NCBI RefSeq assembly: GCF_030144855.1
Contig: NC_082731.1
Coordinates: 24,676,001 to 24,740,000 of the forward strand
DNA length: 64,000 bases
Source of the DNA: Hypanus sabinus
Lineage: Eukaryota
Reading direction: 5' to 3'
A model generated the notes under the pieces. That model was not told the origin of the DNA. It searched no databases and saw only the letters and a program-made list of their open reading frames with translations. A program made the position numbers and the translations under genes. The stretch's first letter is position 1. Every line of letters starts with the position of its first letter. Shown piece after piece: positions 12,151 to 24,574 of this stretch.

Positions 12151-13059
12151 ATGTGGTAAGGTTTGTTAATTCTAGATTGCGAGATGCAAAATAAAGATGG
12201 AGTGTTTAGGAATCAGTAGGTCAGAATAGTTACGGGAAATGTTGAGGAAGCAGATGCTGGTACCATATCAGAAAATGGAAAGTTTCAGGAATAAAAAAAA
12301 TATGCTCATGGCGTCATTATAATGCTGAGCTCTTTAAATTTCAATGCAAGAACTATCATATAATATGTGGAGGAGATCAGGGCATGGATCAGTAACTGAC
12401 ATTGAGACTTTATCGCTGTTCGTGAGACTGGATTGCAGGAGTGTCAGGAATAACAGCCCAAAGTTGATGGATTGAAGGAGGGATTAAAGGAGAGACGTGC
12501 TGTTAATAATCAGGGGAAATATTACCGCTGAGCTCTGTCAGGACTGCCTGGACACCTACTGAGGCATTGTGGTGGAACCGAAAAATAAGAAAGGTATAAA
12601 TAAATAAATCGGGGTTACACAATGGATGGTTGGATTGACAGATAAGTCAGATGGGGGAAGGGAAGTGCTGATCTTTTATTTGCTATTGTACGTGGTAGGG
12701 TATCGAAGTTTTGGAAATTTTATTTTTTGCTATTTTTTTGTTTGGGGTTTAAACTCTTTTGAGTTTGTCTGAAGAGAGTAAGAATTTCAGGTTGTATTTT
12801 ATAATATTTATTTAATAAGACTCGCAGCAGAATAATTGTTAAACTATTCATCAACGGTCAGTCGGGGTTTCGGTTTGATTGGTAAAAGTAAATTCAATTA
12901 CGTCAGTACACCGTCGCAACTGTGTCTTCTGTATTAACAAAATCATAATGATATTCTTGTGGTTTTAGCTCTTCGAGGCATCGGCGAAGATAGACCATAG
13001 AAAACAGGAAAAAATAAGCTACAGGTAAATGATTACTTTTTGATTTCCTACTCATCCTT

Positions 13060-15290
13060 ATATGTTATCAGCTGGAGTAGTTGAATACTGGGCAGCATAT
13101 TTTAAGGCTCCACTTGTAGATTGTTTGAGGACAGAAAGACATCCAGTGTCCTGGATGAGGAAAATTGCGTGAAGTGCAGCCATCTGCAGCTTCTAAAAAC
13201 CCACATTGAGGAGTTGGAATTAGATCCGGATGCAAAATATATAATTTGGGAGGCTGAATTGGTGATATATAGTGCTTACCGAGACGTAGATACATGCATG
13301 GTGCAGGACTCAGGAAATTCTCTGACGGTCAAGAAGATGAAAGAGTTTAAAAAGACAGTGCGAAGTCCCCCTATGGCGATTCTCCTCAAAAACAGATATG
13401 TCACTTTCCTTTCTGTTGGACAGCATGTGACCCAATAAGGGAAACTGACAATGGTCGGAAATCTGCCAATGCATCTGGCTCATTTACTTAAAAGGGGAGA
13501 AGTGAGAGGAGGTACTCTATGGCGGTAGTGTGTTGGTTAGTTTGGGGAACAGCAAGAGGTTCTGTGGGCAAAAAAGAGATTACCGGATGGAGTATTTACT
13601 CCGGGATACCAGGATATCTCGGATCGAATCTTCAGCATTCCTGAGTGGAAGGATGAACAGCAGAAGGGTTGTGCCATGTCGGTGTCCAAATTGTGTCGTT
13701 CAGCATAGCAAGTATGGAGAGATATTTACGAAGTATAAGGCCAGTTCCCCCAAGTTGTGATATTAGTATTGCCACCTCTGTCACAGGCTGAAGAGTGCAC
13801 AATTGAGGAGATTATACAGTTTAAATACTATGCAAACGAGTTGGTATCACAAGATGTAATAAGATTATTTATTCATAGGGCTATCTTCCAGGGCAATCGG
13901 AAACTCTTCAAATTTGCACCTGACCTTGAGCGGGCCTAACACCTGAGAGGGAAGGCTTGTTCGTTCTTCACTTGTGACTTAAACTACTGCTGCAGGTGGG
14001 TGCGAAAGAGAGGACGATCATAGTTATCAGAGAAGTTGTGCAGGCAGATGTGGGTGAGTCTACATCAATGTCCACTGGCAAGAGATTGAGTATTGTCCGC
14101 CCAAATTCCTCAGCTGCTCATATTTCAATTCCAGAAGTAGGTAATGCAGATTGCTCAGGGCCTGAATTATCACCTGGACTGATGACGCTGTACTTACCAG
14201 TGAGACTTGATTGCAGAATATCCAGGGCTGGCAGAGCAATAATCAGGGGTTCCGCTGTTTCAGAACTGACAAAGATGGAGGGATTTTAGAAGAAGGATGT
14301 GCTTGTTACCAAACTGAATTGCAGAGTAAGGCTATCAAGTAGCGATCAGTCAGAGTTTTATGGAGCACAAGAAATGCATGACAACACAACAAGGAAATGA
14401 GGGAAGTTAAAATAATATGTGGCGTTGTTCTATAAGGAAAGGCAAAGGAGAATCTTATATCTTGTACATTTAACTGGGAATGTTTATTAACTGGGAATGG
14501 ATTGCTAAGGACAAGAATGGTACTTTGGATAACCAGAATGGTAGTCGTTATGTGGAGCTAAAACATATATAGAGAATCGTACATCGATTTTTTTGTATCG
14601 CTATTTACTTCTGAGATTGATACACAATCCCTAAAAGGCGGGAAAGAGACAGCAAATTAATGGACACTAAACAAGTGACAAAGGAGCTCGTGTTTGCTAC
14701 TCTGGATTAAATCAGTGTGGAGAGAAACGCAGGAGCTGACAAGGTGTTTCGTCCGATTCGAAATTCAGAAATTGTCGGAGCACTGCAAAGATTTTCAAAA
14801 TTTCACTGGCAAAAGATTAGGTAGCTGATGACTGAAAGATAGCAAACATATTAGATTTCTGAAAAAATGGTCCAATACAGAGATCTGGAAATTATAGGAC
14901 TTTCCTACTGACAACAGTTGCAGGCCAAGTACGGGTAGGTAACCAACCAATTGTTTCCAGTTTAGAAGTATTTGGATAGACGTCAACTAACGTCTATTTT
15001 CGAGCATGTAACCAGAAAGTTAGATAAGGGAGATCCAATGGATGCAGTGTACCTCAATTTTCAGAAGGCATTTGAAGACCCAGATAGGAGATTGACGAGT
15101 ACGATCAAAGCTCATGGCATTGGGGGGAAGACTTTGACATGGATAGAAAACTGTTTGGCAGATAGAAAGCAAAGGGTAGCGGTGAATGGTTGTTTCTCGG
15201 AATGGCAGGTGGTGACTAGTGGGGTGCCACAAGGCTCGGTATTATGACCACAGCTGTTTACGATTTACGTAAGCGATTTACTTGGATTGC
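13060..15290 (+). mobile_element. Heavily decayed CR1 LINE (ORF1 remnant, endonuclease and RT pieces)
   Basis: CSHLQLLKTHIEELELE (ORF1) and DAVYLNFQKAF...RKQRVAVNGCFSEW..VTSGVPQGSVL (RT). Confidence 0.7.
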
Positions 15291-16115
15291 TTGGATTGTA
15301 CTACTTGTGTGAATAATCTATATTTTTATTTATATTTATCATCTGTTATGAGCAGAGAGACAACATCTGCCGGAAGTAAATTCCTAGTATGTGTACAGGT
15401 AATTGGCGATTAAAGTTTGATTCTGATTTCGATGAAGGCATTGAGAATCTGATTCTGAATTCTGAAGGCATTGATCTGCCAAAACATCCGCGGTACCGAC
15501 AGATTCTCAGAAGTCATGCTCGGACAAAGTCTCGGAGATAATTGCAGTATCTAAGCCAGTAGTAACCCTGTCCGCTAACAGGGATTTGGATGAAGTCTGC
15601 AGTAATGCAAAAATCCCGACCTCTCCCGGCGCTAACCATAAGACAGTGCAAAAGATCTAATCTCAGGTATGTGCCCTCTGCGGATCGATTATAAGCCCCC
15701 TCAGGTTTGGAGAGAAGAGAGAAGGGGATATTAAGAGCTCATTCGCTCTAAAATTCAATCATCCTCCATTTCTGTAGCCAGCGCTGGCTGCTTCTTCGAA
15801 CAAAACAAGGACAGGAGCTTGAGACCTTAGAGCATGTGTGGAGGACTGCATCGCATAATGGTGAACAATCGTTACTCGGCGCCACTCGTGAACAGAGTTT
15901 TCCAGATTCTACAGGAGCAACAATATTCACCAAACTGGACCTGTGGAGAGTATAAATCACAGGTCACATTATGGAGTGTGAGGAGCAAGTTTGTAGGGAG
16001 ATAGCAGGTATATGTAGGAAGCACAAGGTCGTGATTATGGGAGAAGTTAATTTTCTGTAAGAGGGTTGGATTGATTGTAGTATATACAATGTGTTCAGCA
16101 TAGTCTGTTTGCTTG

Positions 16116-16312
16116 NNNNNNNNNNNNNNNNNNNNNNNNNNNNNNNNNNNNNNNNNNNNNNNNNNNNNNNNNNNNNNNNNNNNNNNNNNNNNNNNNNNNN
16201 NNNNNNNNNNNNNNNNNNNNNNNNNNNNNNNNNNNNNNNNNNNNNNNNNNNNNNNNNNNNNNNNNNNNNNNNNNNNNNNNNNNNNNNNNNNNNNNNNNNN
16301 NNNNNNNNNNNN
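16116..16312. other. Assembly gap
   Basis: N run. Confidence 0.98.
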
Positions 16313-17326
16313 TTGTTTGTTTGTATGTTTGCAGCAATGCATAGGGGTACCAACTAGAGAACGGGCTGTGTTGGATCTCCTGTTAGGAGAAGCTATGTCA
16401 CGTGACGGAGGTATTTGTCTGGGAGATCTTCGGGTCCAGTGATCACAATGGCATGAATATCGATATAATTAAGGAGACGGATAGGACAGGACCCAGGGTT
16501 AGGATTTTTAATTGCAGGAACGCTAACCTTGACGAGTTGCGAAATGATTTAGAACGAGTAGATTGTGACAATTTGTTTTATGGGAAGGATGTAACAGAGA
16601 AATGCAGTTCATTTAAAGGTGAAATTTTGATGCTACAGAGTCTTTATGTTTCTGTTACGTTGAAAGGAAAGTTTAAAAGTTTTAGAGAGCCATGGTTTTC
16701 AAGCAATATTGGAAACTTGGATATGAAAACAACAGAGAGCTATAATAAATATAGGTAACATGCAGTAAATAAAGTGCTCAAGGAATATAAAAATTGTAAA
16801 ACGAATCTTAACACAGAAGATAGAAAACGTAAAAGAAGATATGAGGTTGCTTCAGCAAGTAAGGATAGTTAGGGTTAAAATTGGTCCCTTAGAGAACAAA
16901 TGTGGTCAGATCGGTGTGGAGCCAAAAGAGAAGGGGGAGATTTTGAGCAAATTATTTTCTTCGGTATTCACTAAGGAGAAGGATATTGAATTATGTAAGG
17001 TAAGTGATAAAAGTAAGGTAGTTATAGAAACTATAATGATTAAAGAACAAGGAGTACTAATGATTTTAAGCAATATAAAAGTGGATAAGTCTCCCGGTAC
17101 TGACATGATATTCCTCAGGAAGTTGAGTGAATTTAGAGGAGAAATAACTGGGGCTCTGTCAGAAATATCCGAAATGTCATTAATGACCGTGATGGTGCCG
17201 GAGTATTGGTGTATTGCTCAGCTTGTCCCATTGTCTAAAAAGGGTTCTAAGAGTAAACCTAGCAATTATTGGCTTGTAAGTATGACGTCAGTTGTAGGTA
17301 AATTAATGGAAAGTATACTTACAAAT

Positions 17327-17328
<2 letters not shown>

Positions 17329-17364
<36 letters not shown>
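17329..17364. repeat. (TA)18 microsatellite inside CR1
   Basis: Direct reading. Confidence 0.9.
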
Positions 17365-17368
<4 letters not shown>

Positions 17369-18719
17369 TCTGGATAGTCAGGGTCTGATTAGGAAAAGTC
17401 AACATCGATTTGTGCGCGGATGATCATGTTTGGCCAAACTTATTGAATTTCTTCCAGAGTTTACTAGGAAAGTTGACGAGGGTCATGCAGTGGATGGTGT
17501 CTATATGGACTTCAATAAGTCCTTTAACAAGGTTCCACACGGAAGTTTAGTTAGGAAATTTCAATCGTTAGGTATTACTGTAGAAATAGTAAAATTGATT
17601 CAACAGTGTCTGAATGGCAGATTCCAGAGAGTAGTGGTGGATAACTATTTGTCAGGTTAGCGGCCAATTACAAATGGTATGCCTCAGGGATCTGTACTGG
17701 GTCAATGATGTTTGTCATATGCATTAATGATCTGGATGATGGGGTGGTAAATTGGATTAGTAAGTATGCAGAAGGCAGAAAGCTAGATTGCGTTGTAGAT
17801 ATTCAAGTAGGTTTTCAAAGTTTGCAGAGTAATTTAGGCTAGATAGAAGAGTGGTCTGAACGATAGCAGATGGAGTTTAATGCTGTTAAACGTGAGGTGC
17901 TACATTTTGGTCGGAATAATCAAGATAGGACATACAGGGCAAACGGTAGGGAATTGAGAAATGCAGTAGAACAGAGTGATCTAGGAATAATGGTGCATGG
18001 TTCACTGTAGTTTGGATCTCACGTGAATAGGGTGGTGAAGAAAGCTTTTGGTATGCTGGCCTTAATAAATCAGATTATTCAATACAGGAGTTGGGGTGGA
18101 ATGTTAAAATTTTACAACGCATTGGTGAGGCCAAATTGACAGTATTCTTGGAGTACAAGTCTGGTCACCGAATTATAGGAATGATTACAACAAAATAGAT
18201 AGAGTGCAGAGGAGATTTACTGGAATGTTATATGGGTTTCTGAATCTAAGTTACAGAGAAAGTTTGAAAAAGTTAGTTCTTTATTTTTTGGAGCGCAGAA
18301 GTTTGAGAGGAGACTTGATAGAGGTATATAATATTATGAGGGGCATAGATAGAGTTGACGTGGATAGGCTTTTTCCATTGAGAGTAGGGGAGATTCAAAA
18401 CAGAGGATAGATGTTGAGAGTTTGGGGGCAGAATTTTAGGGGCAACACCAAGGGGAATTTCTTTACTCTGAGAGTGGTAGCCGTATGGAACGCGCCTCCA
18501 GTAGAAATGGTGAGGCAGGTTCCATATTTTCAAGTAGAAAACAAAATGAATAGATATATGGACAGGAAAGGAATGGCGGGTTAAGGGCTGAGTGCAGGTC
18601 TATGGGGCTAGATGAGAGTAAGCTTTCGGCATGGACTAGAAGGGCCGAGATGGCTTGTTTCCGTACTTTAATCTTTATATGGTTATTAAAAGGGCCTTTA
18701 TTAATTAACCGGGGCAACA

Positions 18720-19260
18720 GCCAGTCTTTTCTCTAGGGTTCAACCGCAGTTCAACGACTAGACTAAGCGGATGAACCTGGATATGAAATGTACGCTAAAA
18801 TGCCTGATGTCTGAAAGGTAGAACGAGTGGAGCGACCACTTCTTGTCAGCAAATTTGTCCAAATGTATTTACGAGATTTTTCACATAGGAAGCCACTTTG
18901 CCACACTTCTCTAAGCAGGATGCAAAGGTTAAAGATCTTAGCCGATGCTGGAAGGAGAGTTGGTGGTAGTTTCCACATGGAAGGCTAGAGTCGTGGCTTT
19001 CATCAAAAGAAGGCAGGAAACATTGTTGCAAGCTGGTCAACAGGTTTGTTGTCCACCTAGGATTTGCCTCTCTGACGGAGTCTCAGAAACTGGCGCTCAA
19101 TTTCCTCAGACTCATCATAATTTTCAGGAAAGTAAACCCGATATCCTACAGCTTGCACCTACTTTCCATGTTTCCAAGTTAAAACCTATGAACACCAGCA
19201 CGTCAGCTGCACCAAATCAGCTCCGCTACCACTCAGGATTGTTGAAAGCTAGCGGATTTT
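18720..19260 (+). mobile_element. Gypsy pol (integrase C-terminal) remnant
   Basis: PTFHVSKLKP motif in ORF 18945-19397 and degenerate integrase-like upstream sequence. Confidence 0.5.
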
Positions 19261-20610
19261 CATGGGGTGAAAAAAAAAATAGGAGTCGAAAGCTGTTCGA
19301 GTTGTTCAGATGTAGCGCAAAGTGGAACTTTGGCATTGGCGACCTAAATTCAAAGTCTCCAGATGCTGCTCTCCTCCGCATATTACAGTTACCTTAGATT
19401 TACATCGGACAGGCTCAGAAATGAAGTGTACCCAAATACGGCGGACCTAGCACACGGAGCGAAGCCACTGACCAGAAGTTATTAAGGTCACCCGGAACAC
19501 TGTGTACTGGAACATAAACACACTTCTTAAAACGCATGATACCACTTCAATGAAGCGGACGGTCAACACGAGCCATCCTCTGAAACTCCAGCAGCAAGTC
19601 ACACAAAACATTTGTGCTCTCACGAAGCAATGTATATCTATTTCATTTTCATTTTTTGTACACGATGGCACTGTGAGTACACTTCGCATTTTCACGCGAG
19701 AAATGAAATACAAGCAATTGATTTTATTCAGCTGCATATTTGTTTCGAATCCGTTTTTTTTTTGTCAAATCTCAGGTTAATCTATCCTGGATGTCTCTGA
19801 ATGGGCCTTTCCGTCAGTACTCAGCAGCGAGACTGCAATTCTTGAAAGCTGTTTCTTTTCAGTCGTGCTTTTTTTTTAATCTGGGGTAAAGTGTTTCAAA
19901 ACCTAGATGCTATTCAGCTCCCCAGGTCGCCAAGGTCGTCATTGGATTGGATAGGACCATGGTTGTACCGTTCCTGTCGAAGTCGATACGGACGACAGGG
20001 CAAGCTGGGCACCTGCTCCCCACGCTAAGCTCATTTTTTCTAAGAAACTGATACATCCAACGGAATGGCAGGGACAACTAAAGCTCAGCTCCAGCTGTGT
20101 CACAGGAGTTATTAATATTTTTTTCTTCCAGCTATAGTGTAGAAGTCGGCGCAAGACGTCGGAGATTTGAAATAAGAGGTTGCCTTCTCTTAGTTGAGCT
20201 GCCCAGCACGGTCGACTAATGGTGTCTTTCCTTTGAGTATCTTGACATTATCGTCCGTTGTATCTGTAGATATAGGGTCGACACGTAAATGCAAATGTGA
20301 ACACCAGTTGCGATTCCCCAATTCCCAACAAAAGTGTGCTTTGAAGAGCACGCTGACTCATCTTCCTTCAGAGCAACTTCTGATCACAAATGCATTTGAA
20401 GAGAGTGTGTAAGAAATTAACTACTTTATCATTGTTATTGGGAGCTGTTCTTTTATTTTGAAACAAGTTAATGCATAGTGGATTTCATTCGGTATAGTTA
20501 ACAATGTCAGGTTTTCAGGAGAAACTCTTAAATGAAATAAATAGGTGCACACTGGCATCGTCTCATTACTGGTATTCTTTTTTTTTCTTGACCATGAACC
20601 ATTTTCGCAG

Positions 20611-20920
20611 TGCATGGCTCTGGCACTTCTGCAACTCAAAATCAGGCTTTAGAAAGAAGGACATCTGGTCAAATGGTGACTCTAAACTGTGCCTACAGTA
20701 CCACAGCACAGAGTTTTTACCTGCACTGGTACAAACTATCATCACAGAGCAAACTCGAATTTATTGTGAGAATTTATTCTGAGAACTCAGAAGAAATGAG
20801 AGGAGAGCTGTTCCACAAACGTTTCTCTGCAGATCTCCAGACGAAAAGTTCATTCTCCAGCTTAATTATCTGGGGTCTCCAGTTGAAAGATAACGCTGTG
20901 TACTATTGCGCTATGAGTCT
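20611..20920 (+). CDS. TRAV/TRDV: TCR V segment V1, V exon (L-part2 + V region), alpha/delta-like; ORF open but leader exon not found intact
   Basis: Polypyrimidine acceptor ttttcgcAG ends at 20610. Phase-1 reading xHGSGTSATQ...VTLNC-AYSTTAQSFYLH-WYK...RFSADLQ...LQLKDNAVYYCAMS has Cys23, Trp41 and YYC104, and is followed directly by an RSS. Confidence 0.9.
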
Positions 20921-20959
20921 CACTGTGAATAAAAGCAACTGCATCTTAGCGCAAAAACC
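20921..20959 (+). other. 23-RSS of V1
   Basis: Heptamer CACTGTG (20921-27), 23-bp spacer, nonamer GCAAAAACC (20951-59). Confidence 0.93.
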
Positions 20960-21934
20960 GCCTTTATCTTTGATCATGTCATTCTGACACCTTTGAATGG
21001 CATCACAGGTCCAGGAGCTGTTACAATAGGTAGACAGTTGATAGTCTTTCTAAGACACATGGGGCGGAAACCAGATGAGCTTCCGATTTGAATTTAAGCA
21101 CCTGCTTCACAGAGCAGACAAGAATTAAAATAAACTCACTCACACTCCCAATGTTCTGCAAAGGTTTGCCCCGTCCTGGTGCCGCAAATAACATTAGCGC
21201 AACAGTGGATCATAGCAAAAGGAAAGCTGTAATACTTTATGAAAGCAAATATCCACAGGAAAATGGGAGGCAGCTCGGCAATGAAATGACAGTGTTTTTC
21301 GCTCTAAAACGCCAGCAAGTTCAGTGGATACAAAGAAGAACTTGATATATCAATAGAGAAAATAAAATTATCAGTTCTAGGACGATTCAAATAACACTAT
21401 ACAAGGATTTGGGTTCCTGAATACAATTACGTGTATGTTTTGCATTTCGAAATTTACGACTATATTTCCCTGCCACACTTATTGTTTTGTTTTCGCCGAT
21501 ATTTATCAGTTCCATTCGTAATTCAAGTCATGGTAATGTTGGGCACAAGGAAAGATATTTTTTTATCTTATCGGGGAAAGCCTTGTGATGCTTCGGCAGG
21601 GTAAATGCTGCATTTCAGGATATGTTTTAGAATGGCAATAAAATATGACACAAACTTGGTAATGTGCGTACTTTTCGTGTGGTAACAAATTCCTCAGACA
21701 ACAACTCTCTCTTGCTAAAGATACCGCACTTATCAATCCCGTTCTAAAATGACATTTCTCTAGTTTGCGGCTGTGTTCAGTGGTCTTGGACTGAACACCA
21801 AGGGAAACATACTCTCTCTCGCCTCTCTATCAATGCTTTAAAACAGTCGATAGGTCCCAAAGAGAATACCCCTCATTATTTACAATTTTAGTGAATTCAG
21901 GCCCAAAACTAAAGAAAAATACTTAATAAGTTAA

Positions 21935-22400
21935 TAAGACATAAGAACATAATTGATTCATTTGTCCCATCAAGATTGGTCTGCATTAGATCATGGCTGA
22001 TCATTCATCAGCCTCCTGAGCCTCACTTACCAGACATCTCCCATTATAATGCAATGCCGTGCCCAATAGAACAGCTGTTAAACTACGCCTTAACTATCAC
22101 CAAAAACCTAGTTGCTCTGGCTGCCTGTGATAATAAATTCCAGAACTTTACCAACCTTTCACTAAAGAAATTTCTCCGCAACTCTGTTTTAAATCCACGC
22201 TTCTATACCTTGAGCCTGAGGCCTGCTGTCTGAGGTTCCTCCATCAGGAAACATTCGTTCCACATATGCTCTGTCTCGGCTTTTCAACACTCGAAAGCTT
22301 TCGATGAAATATTTCTTCCTTCTTCTAACTTACAGAGGATACAAATATAGAGCTATGAAACATTCCTCGTATGATAACCTAACAGTACCTCCAGTTGAAC
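21935..22400 (-). mobile_element. CR1 LINE 3' end
   Basis: AAGACATAAGAACATA-type tail and reverse-complement ORF2 C-terminal sequence. Confidence 0.65.
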
Positions 22401-22829
22401 TTGGTCTTCTTTGTGCTTCCCCCTCTAGCCGTCGGACCGTGGTTTTCTTTTGCCATGTGTTTTTGATTGTTTTCTTGCCCCATGTACTCCTATTCCTGCT
22501 CCTGCCCTATCAGGCCCCTGTATTACTGAGTATTCCGCCTCTCACCTGTTTCTCATTATCACCTGTTTCGCTGCCAATAACTCTCAATGGATACGACTAA
22601 TTATTTTCTTTTTTGCATTGTACAGCTGAAAGTCACAACGGTTTCCAAGGTCAGTTCAGGAAAGAAAGATGCCTTAATGCAATTAGATAAATAATTGCTG
22701 CTTAAAACTGACGGAAACCGATTTTGGACATCCCTTGACAGATTCCACGTAGGAAATGTGCCTACTGATCCGGCATACAATTGCGTTAAAGGAAATTGGA
22801 TTTTAATCTCTCAACACCGACTATCTTGC

Positions 22830-24110
22830 GAGTAAAATTGCAGTCTATGGTGAATATAAGGGTTGATCTTAGAGCTGTGGCGGGGAAACCGATAGAAACA
22901 GACAAGTACACCTCGGAAAAGCGCAGTTCTGTATCAGGATTAACATGCATTTAAGGAAACGGGGTTTTGAACTTCCTATACAGACCATCTTGCTGGCGAA
23001 CGTGCAGTCTCCGGTGAATAAAATCGATGATTTCAGTGGCAGGGTGCTGTATTAGAGGGCCATTAGGACTGCATGTGTCCTCTGTTTCGGGAAATCCTGA
23101 TTAACCACTTCCGTACTGGATGCTGAGATTCAAATCGGCGGGATTACTATACATCGTCAGAATAGATCGATAGAGCGTCTCAAAGGAAGAGGTGGAGCAG
23201 AATTGTTCATGATCAACTCTTTTTGGTTACCAAATATATCAGTCTTGACACAATTCTTTTCACCGGGCATGTAATATCTTTGAGTTACGTTCCGGCCTGA
23301 CTAGCTAGCACGGGAGAATGCTGTGCTCATTTTGGTACCGGTAATTATTCCACCTCAGGCCAATGTGAAACAGGTTTTACGGGATATGAGCAATGAGGTG
23401 AACCTGCACGAAACAGCACAGCCTGCCGTCTTCACTATCATTTGGGGGTATTTTAACTAGGCCAGTCATAATATATCACGAAACAATTACCATTAACATT
23501 TTACTTACAATACTAGATGAAAGAACATACACGACCATTGATAAACCAACATTAGGTAAAAGTACCGTTTTATTCCAGCTGCTCACTTCGGGAACTCTAA
23601 TCATCTGGCTGTATTTATAATTCCAGTGTACAGGCAGGGTCTCCAGTGAGGACGAAAAAGTTATGGACATGGGAAGCACAGAAGGACTTACAGGGATGTA
23701 TTTACTCGGAGGTCTGGACCATATTCAGGGATTCATCATCGAATCTGTGCATGCTGCAGCTATTACCGACTTCATTCAACGGCTGTGTGAATGAGTGTGT
23801 GCTTACGAAAACTTGCTGTACATCCCCAAGCCAAGCCGCGTGCACAAACTAGGTCCTTTGTGCTCTGCAGAAGGTTAGACCTGTGGCATTCAATTCTGGC
23901 TAACAAGGGCTGCACCAGAAAAACAGGTATGACTTGCGGAGGGCTATTTCAAGGGCGAAACGACAATTTTGACCAAGGTTGGTAACTTCAGATATACGAC
24001 AACTCTGGCAAGTTGTACAAGTCTTGTGAACCGAAATCCAACAGCATGAATGGCAACGATGCTTCAATACCAGATGAACACTACGGCTTATATGCCCGTG
24101 TGGAAAGGGG
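22830..24110 (+). mobile_element. Decayed REX1/Babar-like LINE (endonuclease region)
   Basis: Degenerate LLANVQSL.NK.DD endonuclease start (~22970) and downstream GG..F.IN..W-type remnants. Confidence 0.55.
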
Positions 24111-24139
24111 GAATATAATTACAAACCAATTATTCCAGT

Positions 24140-24570
24140 GATAGAAACACAGCAAAACCTACAGCACAATACAGGCCCTTTCGCCCACAAATCTGTGCCA
24201 ATCAAATCCATACCTTATAATTCGACAGGCTTACCCAGAGCCCTCTACTTTTTCAGCCTTATATATCCAGACAAAAATATGTTAAAAGACCTATCGTTTT
24301 CCCCACAACAATCGCCGACCTCCAATTCCACGCACTCACCACACTCTGCCAAAAAAAAAAAAAAAAAAAAAAAAAAAAACACCCGCTATCTCCTCGGTAC
24401 CTAATTCCAACTTAAATCTATGACATTTCGTGCTAGGCATTTCAGCCTTGGGGAAACTCTGACTATCCACACGATCAATGTCTCTCGTTAGCTTGTACAC
24501 CTCTGTCAGATCAGCTTTCATCCTCCGTCGCTCCAAGGAGAAAAGTCAAAGTTCACTCAACCTAATTCAA
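24140..24570 (-). mobile_element. CR1 LINE 3' end with internal A29 run
   Basis: Minus ORF ERRRMKADLTEVYKLTRDIDRVD; A run at 24351-24379. Confidence 0.75.
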
Positions 24571-24574
24571 TCGC

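Larger units (their letters stand above)
15430..18690 (+). mobile_element. Decayed CR1 LINE ORF2 (endonuclease to 3' end), spans an N gap
   Basis: GSSDHN, KSPGTD, VDGVYMDFNKSFNKVPHG, RRSLRGDLIEVY; many stops. Confidence 0.85.

Noticed and set aside
7984-16442. ORFs containing long X runs
   Set aside because: Artefacts of translating through N gaps.
17283-17290. Perfect CRE TGACGTCA (also ~27340)
   Set aside because: Part of the CR1 ORF2 coding sequence (SLTSV), not a V promoter.
19477-19504. AGTTATTAA-12 bp-CACTGTG, a possible 12-RSS of a J or D segment
   Set aside because: Nonamer matches only 5/9, there is no FGxG J motif or splice donor after it, and no V reading frame on the minus side.
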